Shown here piece by piece: positions 1 to 10,372 of a stretch of DNA of 64,000 bases; position 1 is the first letter of the stretch; each line of letters begins with the position of its first letter. The stretch lies in contig OY769902.1 of NCBI GenBank assembly GCA_963669175.1, forward strand, positions 4,192,001-4,256,000, given 5' to 3'. A model generated the notes under the pieces. It was not told where the DNA came from. It searched no databases and worked only from the letters and a program-made list of their open reading frames with translations. Source of the DNA: a bacterium. GTDB lineage: Bacteria; Electryoneota; Electryoneia; Electryoneales; Electryoneaceae. A program made the translations under genes and the position numbers.

Positions 1-219
1 GAAACGATCCACTCGACTGCTGCCCAGAATGAACGCGTCATAGTTGCGATCGGTACTGAGATAATTATCCGTTTTGATTTTTCGTGCGAATCTGCCGATT
101 GGTGGTAGAGCCTGGATTGACGTGAAAAAGTCCATGGAATCCACCAGCACCATGATCCCTGCGAACAACCACAGGGGTATGGAGAATAAGAACAGTCGCA
201 GTATGTAGCGTCGTATCAT
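1..219 (-). CDS. Partial (runs off window) membrane-anchored protein, probable SGNH-like partner of the MBOAT acyltransferase
   Basis: Manual translation from ATG at 219: MIRRYILRLFLFSIPLWLFAGIMVLVD...DAFILGSSR. N-terminal TM plus a GSSR motif; start lies 1 nt after the MBOAT stop. Confidence 0.6.
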   Translation of the reverse strand, partial: MIRRYILRLFLFSIPLWLFAGIMVLVDSMDFFTSIQALPPIGRFARKIKTDNYLSTDRNYDAFILGSSRVDRF

Positions 220-220
220 C

Positions 221-1657
221 TTAGAACTGGAAGTAAATGAATTCCTGTTCACCCGTCGCACCGTACAGCACGATCAACATGATAACCAGGTAGTACAATC
301 CCCACCGTACCAGGAAAGGCCAGTGTGGGATATCCAAACCGTGCTGGCGTGAACGGTTCAGCCATTCAAAGGCCAGCAGCCCCAAACACCCGAGAATAGG
401 AACAACATAGCCTGTATAAACCATTCCGCTCAAAACAGGTCGGCTCACGATCCCGTAAAGGAACAGGAAAGCGTCGGCGACACTGTCAGAACGGAAAAAC
501 ACCCAGGCGATCAATGTTAAAAGAAACGTAACCGCGATTGCCCCGGCCTCGCCAAATGTTGGCAACAGGCGGCCTTTCGCGACCACGTCCGTATGTGCTT
601 TCTGTTTCCCCTGAAGCATAAGCGGGATGTAATAGAGGCCGTTCAACAGCCCCCAGATGATGAACGTCCAGTTGGCGCCGTGCCAGAACCCGCTCACGGT
701 GAAAGTGACAACAATATTGAAGATGCGGCGCGATGTGCTGGCGCGGCTCCCCCCCAACGGGATATAGACATAATCCCGGAACCAGGAGGAAAGCGAAATA
801 TGCCACCGTCGCCAGAATTCCCCGATATCACGTGAGAAATAGGGATACGCAAAGTTGCGCATGAGCTGGAAACCGAACAGACGCGCTACACCGATAGCGA
901 TATCCGAGTATCCCGAAAAATCACAGTAGATCTGGATGGCGAAGAAAAACACACCGATGAACAGGGTTACACCGTCATACGCCTGGTGATTGGAAAAGAT
1001 CGTATCGACATGCGGCGCGATATTATCCGCGACCACAACCTTCTTCAGGAAACCCCACAAAATCTGACGGGAACCGTCACGCGCGGCATCAAAATCAAAG
1101 CTTCTTTTCTTCGTGAACTGGGGTAGGAGATTGGAAGCTCGTTCGATAGGACCGGCGACAAGCTGGGGAAAGAAACTGACAAACGCGAAAAAGGCAACCG
1201 GATCGTGTGTCGGTTCAATCTTGCGACGATAAATATCAATGGAATAACTGAGAGTCTGAAAGGTATAAAAGCTGATGCCGACTGGGAGGATTACCTGCAA
1301 TGTCCATGGATTCACCTGCAATCCCAGCAGGGTAAGCAAGTCGGCAAAGGAATCAATAAAGAAATTGAAATACTTGAAAAATCCCAGCAAGCCCAGGTTG
1401 ACACCCAGGCTGACAAACAGCAGGATTTTGCGCGTCCGTTCAACACTCGAACGATGAAGCGCAGCGCCAACGAGAAAATCTACGACGGAACTGAAGAAAA
1501 TCAGGCTGAGAAAGCGCCAGTCCCACCAACCGTAGAAAACATAGCTGGCGATCAAAAGGAACAGGTTCTGCCACTTCAACCCGGCCCGCTGCAGCGCCCA
1601 GTAAAGGAGGAATGAAATCGGTAGAAAAAGAAAAAATGTGAGTGAATTGAATAGCAT
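221..1657 (-). CDS. MBOAT family O-acyltransferase (AlgI/DltB-like)
   Basis: MLFNS start, LPVGISFYTFQ, FFPQLVAGPIER, FWRRWHISLSSW, SGFWHGANWTF (catalytic His), C-terminal FIYFQF. Confidence 0.95.
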   Translation of the reverse strand: MLFNSLTFFLFLPISFLLYWALQRAGLKWQNLFLLIASYVFYGWWDWRFLSLIFFSSVVDFLVGAALHRSSVERTRKILLFVSLGVNLGLLGFFKYFNFFIDSFADLLTLLGLQVNPWTLQVILPVGISFYTFQTLSYSIDIYRRKIEPTHDPVAFFAFVSFFPQLVAGPIERASNLLPQFTKKRSFDFDAARDGSRQILWGFLKKVVVADNIAPHVDTIFSNHQAYDGVTLFIGVFFFAIQIYCDFSGYSDIAIGVARLFGFQLMRNFAYPYFSRDIGEFWRRWHISLSSWFRDYVYIPLGGSRASTSRRIFNIVVTFTVSGFWHGANWTFIIWGLLNGLYYIPLMLQGKQKAHTDVVAKGRLLPTFGEAGAIAVTFLLTLIAWVFFRSDSVADAFLFLYGIVSRPVLSGMVYTGYVVPILGCLGLLAFEWLNRSRQHGLDIPHWPFLVRWGLYYLVIMLIVLYGATGEQEFIYFQF

Positions 1658-2201
1658 CGAACCGTCAAGCTACAAACCGAACACGTCGGTCATTTATACC
1701 GGTATCTAAAGGATCGTAACCCCGAGCCGGGCACGTGAATAGAAAAACAATGAATGCCGCAGCCTCTCCCCACTCAACACAAATACGCTGCACAATATAG
1801 ATAATTCACCTATTAAGAAAAACAAGGGCAGGAGCGTTGATAGAAGTTCTGTAGATCAGGTACCGTCGGGATACCGTGAGTCAGTTTTACGCGATAGACT
1901 GCGAGTATCTTCAAGCAGCTACTGGTACCCGCTGTTTTCCAGGCCAAAAGAGGCCGCACCTGCATACCAGCATCTCCACTTCCGGTCCTATGATGTTCTG
2001 CACGGACAGATTGAACTTCTCCGTACGTATTAGATTATGGCAAAAGGTTGTGGTCGGGCTGCACGAATTTGGTAAGTTTTAAGGTTCATGCTCAAAACGA
2101 TAACGTGAGAATACAAGGGAAACCAAGGGCGGATGCTGATGATTGGCAATTCTTATAAAATAAATATGTTATCAGCATCAATAACTACCGTCTGTCCCTA
2201 G

Positions 2202-2522
2202 TTTCTGCTAGTTTCTGAACCGCAGAACCTCGGTGAACCTGTGAACTCGCCCTATGTTGAGGCAAGGCCCCTGATTGCACCTGACGAAAGCTACATCCTT
2301 TTTTCTTCAGACCGTCCCGGCGGCCTTCAGGAGGACATTGAGGGCTATATCTCGTTCAACAATTGGGATGGCACCTGGTCCGAACCAGTACCAATAGGTC
2401 CAGAAATGACGATACAAGGGATATCTGCTGACGGAAAGTTCTGGTTTTACACAAATGCTGAAGACGGTATGATCAACCACTACTGGGTTTCATCCAGCAT
2501 ACTTGAAAATCATCGAAGGTAG
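2202..2522 (+). pseudogene. C-terminal fragment of a PD40/TolB-like beta-propeller protein
   Basis: SEPQNLGEPVNSPYVEARPLIAPDESYILFSSDRPGG...WSEPVPIG is PD40-repeat-like. In-frame TAG at 2199-2201 and no N-terminus or signal peptide; the break coincides with a duplicated CTAGTTTCTG (2198-2217). Confidence 0.6.
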
Positions 2523-2602
2523 ACGGAATGAGCAGCTTTGGAAATGCCTTTGAGTTTATCGTAAGCGTGTGGTAACGGTTTTACCTTATGGTTGCCTCCC
2601 AT
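2510..2602 (-). pseudogene. Possible 5' relic of an Fe/Mn superoxide dismutase gene
   Basis: Manual translation MGGNHKVKPLPHAYDKLKGISKAAHSVYLR* resembles the SOD N-terminal (K/P)PLPY(A/G)YD.L..IS motif; stops after 30 codons. Confidence 0.35.
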
Positions 2603-2856
2603 TTGTGCCACGGTCAAGTTGTTTGTCTGATATTCCTAACACATGTTAGGACAACTATACTTTTAGCGGAAAACAAGCAGGGAAAAGAGATCGGGGGGAC
2701 TTGGAGAGATTTTTCAATTCACGGTGAACACACTCTTCAAGTGACATGATAATTCATGATTTTATTTATAACTATTGACACTTCTATTTGAATTATACTT
2801 ATATTATTCGGGTCTATTTTTGTTACTACTGATATTCTATTTTGAAAGGACTACAC

Positions 2857-5097
2857 ATGGAAGACCTAATTCTTTATTGGGCTGGTGTGATAGATAAGGA
2901 TCTCTCTGGTTTCGCAGATCCTAGGACCAAAATTGATGTTGATATTGATAGTCGCTTTCTTAATGCAACCTGGATTGTCCGAGGCCATGAACGCAAAGCT
3001 TCTTTTCGTTTATCAACAGAAGGGGACTTTCGCTGGTTACCTAAAGGTGATACTAATTTAGTTGGAGAATCTTATCGGTCGTTCCTTGTTGCACAAGACA
3101 TGGCAGATTTCAATCAACTATGTAAGGCAATTGAAGGATCTTTCCAACCTGAACCTAGCTACGTCTCAACACAAGCAATGCTGGAAGGTGAAAATAAAGA
3201 AGCTATTTCTGATGACCTATTGTATAATATTGTTGACAAAGCATTATACGATTCATCAGGAAAGACCAAAATGCTCTTTGTCAAGGGTGATGCTGGTACT
3301 GGTAAAACTACTCTCTTACGTCACCTTACAGGACTTCAGGCTAGGAAGTACAAATCCAAACAAAGTGATTATCTTTTTTTATATGTTTCTGCGCAAGGCA
3401 GGTCACTTTCTAATCTTCGTGATGCTATTTCTGGTGTACTTGATGACCTTCGTGCAGGTTTTACAAGAGATGCTGTTTATCCTTTGGTTCGACATGGATT
3501 ATTAGTTCCTATTATAGATGGTTTTGATGAATTGCTTGGCGTTGCTGGATATGGTGATGCTTTTGGTTCATTACAGAATTTTTTATCGGAAGTAAAAGGA
3601 CGTGGTTCGATTATTGTATCTGCACGATCTGCATTTTATGATATTGAATTTATTGGTAAGAATACAGCTGATCATCTTCTAGATGCACACTATGATGTAG
3701 AACCAATCACTCTATTACCTTGGGGTGACAAAGAAATTCATAGATACTTAGCTTTAGCAAGAAATCTGACTACCCTCGATCATAAAGACCAATCAGCGTT
3801 AGATTCTATGGATGAAAAGGATCGCAGCCTTTTAAGCAAACCTTTCTTTGCAAGTCGATTTCCAGAATTTGTTGACATTCATAATGGTGATTATGGGAAT
3901 CAGTCACTTCTCGAATATTTAGTTGATGCGTATGTTAAAAGAGAATCAAGCAAAATTGTTGATAGAGATGGCAACCCATTGGTTCCCATTGATACTCATA
4001 GACAACTTTTTATAGAAGCTACCGAATATATGTGGCAATCGGAAAGCAGAGATCTAGGTGAAGATGAATTGAGAGCTTTAGCTGAGTTTGCAGCAGATGC
4101 AACAGATTTAATTGGTGACGCTGCACAACAATTTATCGCTAAAATTTCTAGTTATCATGGTTTTAGAACTGATAGTAGTGGTGGTCGTCGTCGTTTTCGG
4201 TTTGAACATGAAGTATACTTTGATTATTTTCTATCAAATGCATTAAGAGTAAAATTTACAAGTCCTATTAGCATGTCTACATTTATAGATCGTGGCATAA
4301 TACCTGATGAGATTATTGATTCAGCAATAGATATTAATAATGCGATATATTGTTTTGAATTATTAGATCACATAAAGCGTAATAGTGTATTACAAGAAAA
4401 TAGAAGACAAAATTTGGGATCGATTATTGCCACTGCTATTAAAATAGTTAAAAATATTGATAATATTAACCTGTCTTATTTATCTTTTATTAATGTAAGT
4501 TTTGAATTATCCATTTTTAATAATATCATATTCAACAATTGCAATTTCAATAATATTAATTTAAGTACCACAAAATTTTACAATTGCAAGATCGACAATT
4601 GCCTAATAACTCGTATTATAGTTTCTGACACAACCCATCTTGATATCAAGGGAATTATACCAGGTGGTAATCTTTCTTGTATTGTTAATATTAGTGGTGA
4701 AGGTGATACTTATGTGCCATCACGAATGTCAGAAATTTTGTCTCTGATAGGTACTCCTGATCAAACTCCTTCACTTCCTATATTATCAGATAGTGCTAAG
4801 AATGCAATTGAGTTATTGCAAAGAGTCGTTCAGAAATACAGACGAACAAATATATTATGTCTTGAAGATGATACAATGTTTTCTATTTTCAGGGATCCTT
4901 ATTGGGAAACTCTATTGGATCTATTAATAGAATATAACATTGTTAAAGAGGAAACTAGAGCAACATCAGGAACTACAAAACACTTTTTCAGGCCGCAAGT
5001 GGCGATAATTAACCTCTTAAAATATGAAACTGTAAGAAATGATGATCTACCTGATGATTCTATAGGAAACTTTTGGCGTTCCATGAGACTATTATGA
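2857..5097 (+). CDS. NACHT/STAND-type P-loop NTPase with pentapeptide-like repeats, candidate antiphage NLR-like protein
   Basis: Walker A GDAGTGKT, Walker B IIDGFDE, IVSARS sensor, FEHEVYFDYF winged-helix motif, Asn/Phe-rich 5-residue periodicity (FNNIIFNNCNFNNINLS). Much more AT-rich than its neighbours; AAGGA RBS before ATG 2857. Confidence 0.8.
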   Translation: MEDLILYWAGVIDKDLSGFADPRTKIDVDIDSRFLNATWIVRGHERKASFRLSTEGDFRWLPKGDTNLVGESYRSFLVAQDMADFNQLCKAIEGSFQPEPSYVSTQAMLEGENKEAISDDLLYNIVDKALYDSSGKTKMLFVKGDAGTGKTTLLRHLTGLQARKYKSKQSDYLFLYVSAQGRSLSNLRDAISGVLDDLRAGFTRDAVYPLVRHGLLVPIIDGFDELLGVAGYGDAFGSLQNFLSEVKGRGSIIVSARSAFYDIEFIGKNTADHLLDAHYDVEPITLLPWGDKEIHRYLALARNLTTLDHKDQSALDSMDEKDRSLLSKPFFASRFPEFVDIHNGDYGNQSLLEYLVDAYVKRESSKIVDRDGNPLVPIDTHRQLFIEATEYMWQSESRDLGEDELRALAEFAADATDLIGDAAQQFIAKISSYHGFRTDSSGGRRRFRFEHEVYFDYFLSNALRVKFTSPISMSTFIDRGIIPDEIIDSAIDINNAIYCFELLDHIKRNSVLQENRRQNLGSIIATAIKIVKNIDNINLSYLSFINVSFELSIFNNIIFNNCNFNNINLSTTKFYNCKIDNCLITRIIVSDTTHLDIKGIIPGGNLSCIVNISGEGDTYVPSRMSEILSLIGTPDQTPSLPILSDSAKNAIELLQRVVQKYRRTNILCLEDDTMFSIFRDPYWETLLDLLIEYNIVKEETRATSGTTKHFFRPQVAIINLLKYETVRNDDLPDDSIGNFWRSMRLL

Positions 5098-5130
5098 TTT
5101 GAGGATTATAACAGTTTTTACATATTAGAG

Positions 5131-5157
5131 AAAAAAAGGGACGCTATTCGCGTCCCT
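5131..5157 (-). terminator. Rho-independent terminator between the convergent NACHT and sigma genes
   Basis: AGGGACGC-tattc-GCGTCCCT hairpin with an A-run on + (U-tail on -). Confidence 0.75.
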
Positions 5158-5182
5158 GATATAACATCTCTGTCAACTTCTG

Positions 5183-6013
5183 TTACCCCAGGTACGTCCT
5201 CAGGGCTTTGCTACGGCTGGTGTGGCGCAGGCGACGGATCGCCTTTTCCTTGATCTGGCGGACACGTTCACGGGTCAGGCTGAACTTCTCGCCGATCTCT
5301 TCCAGTGTAAGCGGGTGTTCGATATTGAGCCCGAAATAGAGCCGGATGACTTCCGCTTCACGTGGGGATAGAGTGGCGAGCGCACGGTCCACTTCCTTTT
5401 TCAACGACTCGCTCATCAGGCTGTTATCAGGCTGAGGTTCGAGATCGTTGTGCAGGATGTCCAGCAGACGGTTGTCTTCACCCTGGTTGAACGGCGCGTC
5501 CATGGAGAGGTGACGTCCGCTCATCTTGAGCGTGTCGGTTACCTCGAACGGGGTCATGTCCAGCGCGTCTGCGATTTCTTCCGGGCTGGGTTCACGTTCG
5601 TAGGTCTGCTCCAGGTTGCTGTACGCCTTCCCGATTTTGTTCAGAGCGCCCACACGGTTCAACGGCAAGCGCACGACACGACTCTGCTCGGCCAACGCCT
5701 GCAGAATCGACTGACGGATCCACCATACCGCGTAACTGATGAATTTGAATCCACGGGTTTCATCAAACCGCTTGGCTGCCTTGATAAGGCCGAGGTTGCC
5801 CTCGTTAATCAAGTCCCCCAAGGAAAGGCCCTGGTTCTGGTACTGCTTGGCCACACTTACCACGAAGCGGAGGTTCGCCTTGGTTAATTTTTCAAGGGCC
5901 GTCTGTTCGCCCTTGCGTATCCGTCTGGCGAGATCAATCTCCTCTTCAGTTGTCAGCAGGTCAACTTCGCCGATTTCCTGGAGGTACTTTTCCAACGATT
6001 GGTCGGCACGCAC
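5183..6013 (-). CDS. RNA polymerase sigma-70 factor, RpoD/SigA family (short type lacking region 1.1)
   Basis: [59 protein letters not shown]; GGAG RBS before GTG. Confidence 0.95.
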   Translation of the reverse strand: MRADQSLEKYLQEIGEVDLLTTEEEIDLARRIRKGEQTALEKLTKANLRFVVSVAKQYQNQGLSLGDLINEGNLGLIKAAKRFDETRGFKFISYAVWWIRQSILQALAEQSRVVRLPLNRVGALNKIGKAYSNLEQTYEREPSPEEIADALDMTPFEVTDTLKMSGRHLSMDAPFNQGEDNRLLDILHNDLEPQPDNSLMSESLKKEVDRALATLSPREAEVIRLYFGLNIEHPLTLEEIGEKFSLTRERVRQIKEKAIRRLRHTSRSKALRTYLG

Positions 6014-6312
6014 GATGTACGTCTCCGTTGTTGGTGAAACATGGTTACTCTATCAATGAGATGAACCCAAACCGAAAAGGTTTCGGATCACCTGTTTAGT
6101 TCTGGTGTTACACAAGTCCTGACATTGCAGAGATTCGGTTTCCCCTTGTCATTCCTTGTTTCTTCGTCTTTGCATCTTTTGTTATTTCTTTTTGCGTTCT
6201 TTTCTTTGCGACCTTTATGCATTTGCGTGCTTTTTTGCGTCTCCGCGTTCTTTTCTTTGCGTCTTTGCGTGAGACAAATCAGTTTGATTTCAGTATTCTC
6301 AATAATATCCTC

Positions 6313-6446
6313 GAGATCCCCGTTCAAGCCGGGGATGACATATCACCGGAGATGACATATCACCGGAGATGACATATCACCGGGGATGACATTTTTACCG
6401 GTGATGACATAGCACCGGGGATGACATATAGCCGGGGATGACATAG
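6313..6446. repeat. REP-like hairpin followed by 7 tandem 17-18-bp copies of its outer end
   Basis: GAGATCCCCGTTCAAGCCGGGGATGAC, then units CCGG(G/A/T)GATGACAT.. starting at 6329, 6346, 6363, 6380, 6398, 6415 and 6432. Confidence 0.85.
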
Positions 6447-6577
6447 TATTGGGATAACATGTGTTGAAACTGGTGAAAATGAACAAGCCTGGTCCACAAT
6501 TGATATAAACACCCATACCCCAGCGAACGCCGGGGCATGGGAAAATCTTCTCTGGGAAAGAACTCGTGCCTGAATCT

Positions 6578-7795
6578 CTACATGATGGATTCAGCACGGT
6601 CGGCGAGAATGAAGGTCAGAACCTCCTTCTTGCCTTCACGCAGCACGGTCAGATTCAGCTCGTTGCCCGGTTTATGGTCGGCGATGCGGACACGGAAATC
6701 ATTTACTTCCGCAACCACCTTGCCGTCCACCTCCAGCACAACATCACCGGCGATCAGACCGCCCTTATCCGCGGGTGTGCCTTCCTGGACAAATCGGACA
6801 AAGACTCCCTCAATATCTTCGTCAATTCCCAGCGAACTCTTCACCTGTTCGTTCAGTTCATCCGGAACCATACCCAGGTAACCACGGGTGACATAGCCCT
6901 TGTCGAGCAATTCCTTGATCACGCCCTTGACCATATTGGACGGGATCGCGAAACCGATGTCGTTACCGGCGCTGTTAATCGCCGTGTTAATCCCGATGAT
7001 CTCGCCCTTGATATTGACCAACGGCCCACCGGAATTACCGTAATTGATAGACGCATCCGTCTGGATAAAGTCCTGAAACAGGGGTCCACGGCCTGCAATC
7101 TGCAGATCCTTACGTCCCTTGGCGCTGATCACGCCAACAGACAGGGTCCATTCCAGGCCCAACGGATGCCCCATGGCAATCGCCCAGTCGCCGATACGCA
7201 TGGCGTCGGAATCACCCAGGTACGCCACATGATCTGTATCCACATCACCGATATCCAGCAACGCCAGGTCGGTTTCCGGATCAGCGCCGATGACCTTGGC
7301 CGTACGTTCGCTGCCATCAGCCAGCTTGACGTTGATCTCACGTGCTTCGTCGATCACGTGGTTGTTCGTAAGCACATACCCGCGCTTGTCAATGATCACT
7401 CCAGTCCCGCTTCCCTTCACATGCGGCACTTTCGGGTGTTGAAACCCGAACTGACGGAAGAAATTATAGAGATCGTCATCGCCGGTTCCACCCAGCGACA
7501 TATCGCTCTCTTTTTCCACCCAGATGTGTACCACCGCCGGTTTTAACCTGTCAGCGACTACCACAAACGGGCTGGTAATCTGTCCGTCTTCTACTTCTGT
7601 TTGTCCAGGCAGATACGCAGCAGGCACCACCCCGCTGGTTTGATACTGTCCGCCTGTATTGGATGCTGTTTCCCAGGGCAGAGGCTCCTCATTTGGGCGC
7701 ATAACCTCCCAGAGCAGCGCGCCACTGACCATGAGCAACATCGCCGCAAGAACGGCGATTGTACCGTAAAGTATTGGTAAACGTGATCTGATCAT
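6578..7795 (-). CDS. HtrA/DegP-family serine protease with one PDZ domain
   Basis: N-terminal TM; GSGTGVII, LTNNHVI (His), DLALL (Asp), QTDASINYGNSGGPL (Ser); C-terminal PDZ. Confidence 0.93.
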   Translation of the reverse strand: MIRSRLPILYGTIAVLAAMLLMVSGALLWEVMRPNEEPLPWETASNTGGQYQTSGVVPAAYLPGQTEVEDGQITSPFVVVADRLKPAVVHIWVEKESDMSLGGTGDDDLYNFFRQFGFQHPKVPHVKGSGTGVIIDKRGYVLTNNHVIDEAREINVKLADGSERTAKVIGADPETDLALLDIGDVDTDHVAYLGDSDAMRIGDWAIAMGHPLGLEWTLSVGVISAKGRKDLQIAGRGPLFQDFIQTDASINYGNSGGPLVNIKGEIIGINTAINSAGNDIGFAIPSNMVKGVIKELLDKGYVTRGYLGMVPDELNEQVKSSLGIDEDIEGVFVRFVQEGTPADKGGLIAGDVVLEVDGKVVAEVNDFRVRIADHKPGNELNLTVLREGKKEVLTFILADRAESIM

Positions 7796-8091
7796 AGCAG
7801 ACCTCGCAAACTTTGAATGTAATGTGACTGTTACTTACTCGCAACTGAAATGTGAAAAACTTCGAAGGTTTTCAAAAATTGTACGGTCCTAATTATACAG
7901 GGGTTCCAAGGTTTTCTCCCTGAAACGGAGAACTGAGAAACCTACGAAATAAAGTGCTCCCTCCATCGGGCTTGGCTTCACCTCATTCTGAGCTTACTTT
8001 GCTTGTGGATATATTCACAAGAGTATCCCCTGGCGGCAAAAAAGACATGTAGTTCCACATACGAAGAATTCATCAACCCTGCGAGGCAAGA

Positions 8092-10314
8092 TTGACTTCG
8101 AATTCTTTACTCTATCGGTTGTTTCCTTTCCTGAGCTGGTTCAAAGGATACAACGGTGAAGCCCTCCGTGCAGACTTCATCTCGGGTTTGACTGTAGCGC
8201 TTGTTCTGGTTCCCCAATCCATGGCGTATGCGCAGTTGGCGGATCTGCCGGCGTATTATGGTTTGTACGCAGCGTTCCTGCCTCCGATGATCGCCGCCAT
8301 GTTCGGGTCCAGCCATCAGCTCGCTACCGGGCCGGTTGCCATCGTATCATTGATGACATCAACCGCCCTGGCGCCCCTGGCGACAGCAGGAAGCGAGTCT
8401 TTTATCGCGTATGCCATTATGCTGGCATTCCTGGTGGGTTTATTCCAGTTCTGCCTTGGTGTTTTCCGTTTGGGCATGGTTGTGAATTTTTTATCGCATC
8501 CGGTTGTCAACGGCTTCACCAATGCCGCAGCGCTCATCATTGCCACATCCCAGCTTTCCAAGCTGTTCGGCGTTACTGTCGATAAGGCTGAACATCATTA
8601 CCAGACGGTTTACCTGGTTGTGGTGGCAGCGTTGAAGCATACGCACTGGCCCACACTTGCCCTGGCATTCCTGGCGTTTGCCATTATGATCACGCTGAAG
8701 CGTATCAACCCACGCATTCCCAACGTGCTGGTGGCTGTAGTCGTTACAACCCTTATCTCCTGGGCCATCGGCTTTGAGAAGAACCAGACCACCACTTTGG
8801 ACAACATCATTGAGCCGGAAGTCCACAAGCTGGCCAGTGAGTATAATGCGACCCTGGTCCAGATCGATTCCCTGATGAATCTTCGTATCGAAGCAGGCAA
8901 CAAGGCCAAGGACGCTGTTCACGAGTACGGCGCTCATTCAGTGGAAGCCATCAGCCTCGAAGCGCAGGAAGCTGAACTGGAAGTCATCATCGAGAAATTA
9001 AAGCATCGCGCTTCCCACTTCCGAACAGAATTGCGCGAATACCGCTTTGCCTGCATTCAATCCGGACACGGAACAGGGGTGTTTGTCCCGCCTGAGAATG
9101 TTGAAGATGAAGAAGAGGTGAACGGCAAGCAATGGAAACTGCGTCTCGGCAATCGTCAAATTGATCCCGGACAGATTACTTTAGCAGGTGGAGGTGCTGT
9201 AGTAGGTGTTATCCCGCGTGGTTTACCCTCGATTTCGGTTCCCAAGTTCAACTTATCCATTCTGTTCGAATTGCTTCCCATGGCAATCATCATTTCCCTT
9301 CTGGGATTCATGGAAGCAATCTCAATTGCCAAGGCTATGGCAGCACGTACCGGGCAACGTCTCGATCCAAACCGTGAACTGATCGGGCAGGGCCTGGGCA
9401 ACATGGTTGGTTGCCTCTCGCAGAGTTACCCGGTATCAGGTTCATTTTCACGTTCCGCAGTCAACCTTCAAGCGGGGGCGGTTACCGGTTTGTCCAGCGC
9501 CTTCAGCAGCCTGATCGTATTGCTGACACTGCTGTTCTTTACTCCCCTGCTTTATCATCTTCCCCAGGCTGTACTGGCTTCGGTTATCATGATGGCTGTG
9601 ATTGGCCTGGTTAATGTCAGCGGTTTTATCCATGCCTGGAAAGCACAAAAATATGACGGCATTATTTCCGTACTGACATTTGTTTGTACCTTATATTTTG
9701 CGCCGCATCTGGACAAGGGAATTATCATCGGCGTCCTTTTGTCGCTGGCATTGTTCCTGCTGAGAAACATGAAACCCCAGATGGCGGTTCTATCACGTAC
9801 CCCTGACGGCCATTATCGTAACGCGGATCGCTGGGGACTTGTCACCTGCGAACACATGTCCGTGGTCAGGTTCAACAACTCCCTTTTCTTTGCCAATGTG
9901 AATTACCTTGAAGATGAAATATTGCGGGAAGTTGCGTCCATGCCTAACCTTCGTCATGTATTAATTGTGGGCAATGGCATGAACGAGCTGGACGCATCAG
10001 GTGAAGTATTGCTTTCACAATTAGTTACACGACTACGTGAGGCAGGCCATGATATCTCATTCTCCGGTTTGAACGATCATGTTATTGATGTGATGAAACG
10101 AACACATCTGTATGAGAAAATTGGCGAGGATCATTTCTATTTCAGTATCCGACAGGCAGTTGAAACCATACACAAGGGAACCTGCCTGAAGAAGAAGGAC
10201 AAGACCTGTCCGTTGCTGGTTTGCCAGTTCAAAAACGCGAAACCGGGCTGGCATGCCGAGCTGGAGATGCAGGTCAATGAGGACATCCCCAAGAAAGTTC
10301 GTGCGGATACATGA
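8092..10314 (+). CDS. SulP family inorganic anion transporter with C-terminal STAS domain
   Basis: DFISGLTVALVLVPQSMAYAQLA, GLYAAF, GSFSRSAVN, STAS motif LFFANV...LDASG; contains a long soluble helical insertion. Confidence 0.93.
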   Translation: MTSNSLLYRLFPFLSWFKGYNGEALRADFISGLTVALVLVPQSMAYAQLADLPAYYGLYAAFLPPMIAAMFGSSHQLATGPVAIVSLMTSTALAPLATAGSESFIAYAIMLAFLVGLFQFCLGVFRLGMVVNFLSHPVVNGFTNAAALIIATSQLSKLFGVTVDKAEHHYQTVYLVVVAALKHTHWPTLALAFLAFAIMITLKRINPRIPNVLVAVVVTTLISWAIGFEKNQTTTLDNIIEPEVHKLASEYNATLVQIDSLMNLRIEAGNKAKDAVHEYGAHSVEAISLEAQEAELEVIIEKLKHRASHFRTELREYRFACIQSGHGTGVFVPPENVEDEEEVNGKQWKLRLGNRQIDPGQITLAGGGAVVGVIPRGLPSISVPKFNLSILFELLPMAIIISLLGFMEAISIAKAMAARTGQRLDPNRELIGQGLGNMVGCLSQSYPVSGSFSRSAVNLQAGAVTGLSSAFSSLIVLLTLLFFTPLLYHLPQAVLASVIMMAVIGLVNVSGFIHAWKAQKYDGIISVLTFVCTLYFAPHLDKGIIIGVLLSLALFLLRNMKPQMAVLSRTPDGHYRNADRWGLVTCEHMSVVRFNNSLFFANVNYLEDEILREVASMPNLRHVLIVGNGMNELDASGEVLLSQLVTRLREAGHDISFSGLNDHVIDVMKRTHLYEKIGEDHFYFSIRQAVETIHKGTCLKKKDKTCPLLVCQFKNAKPGWHAELEMQVNEDIPKKVRADT

Positions 10315-10372
10315 TCCGGTTATAAAGTTGTGATCTGATTGCAGCTTGTAGATACCTGTACAACGTTAAACG

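Noticed and set aside
2148-2176. dif/Xer-like site
   Set aside because: The XerD arm matches TTATGTTAAAT poorly and only with non-canonical spacing; the AT-rich context makes a chance match likely.
2634-2651. Integron attC site
   Set aside because: The AAC and GTT boxes are only 4 bp apart, with no L boxes and no integrase or cassette array.
6566-7546. 326-aa plus-strand ORF, and similar long antisense ORFs over ftsK, gatD, ppc and the sigma-54 activator
   Set aside because: Antisense shadows of well-supported genes in GC-rich coding DNA, with no motifs.
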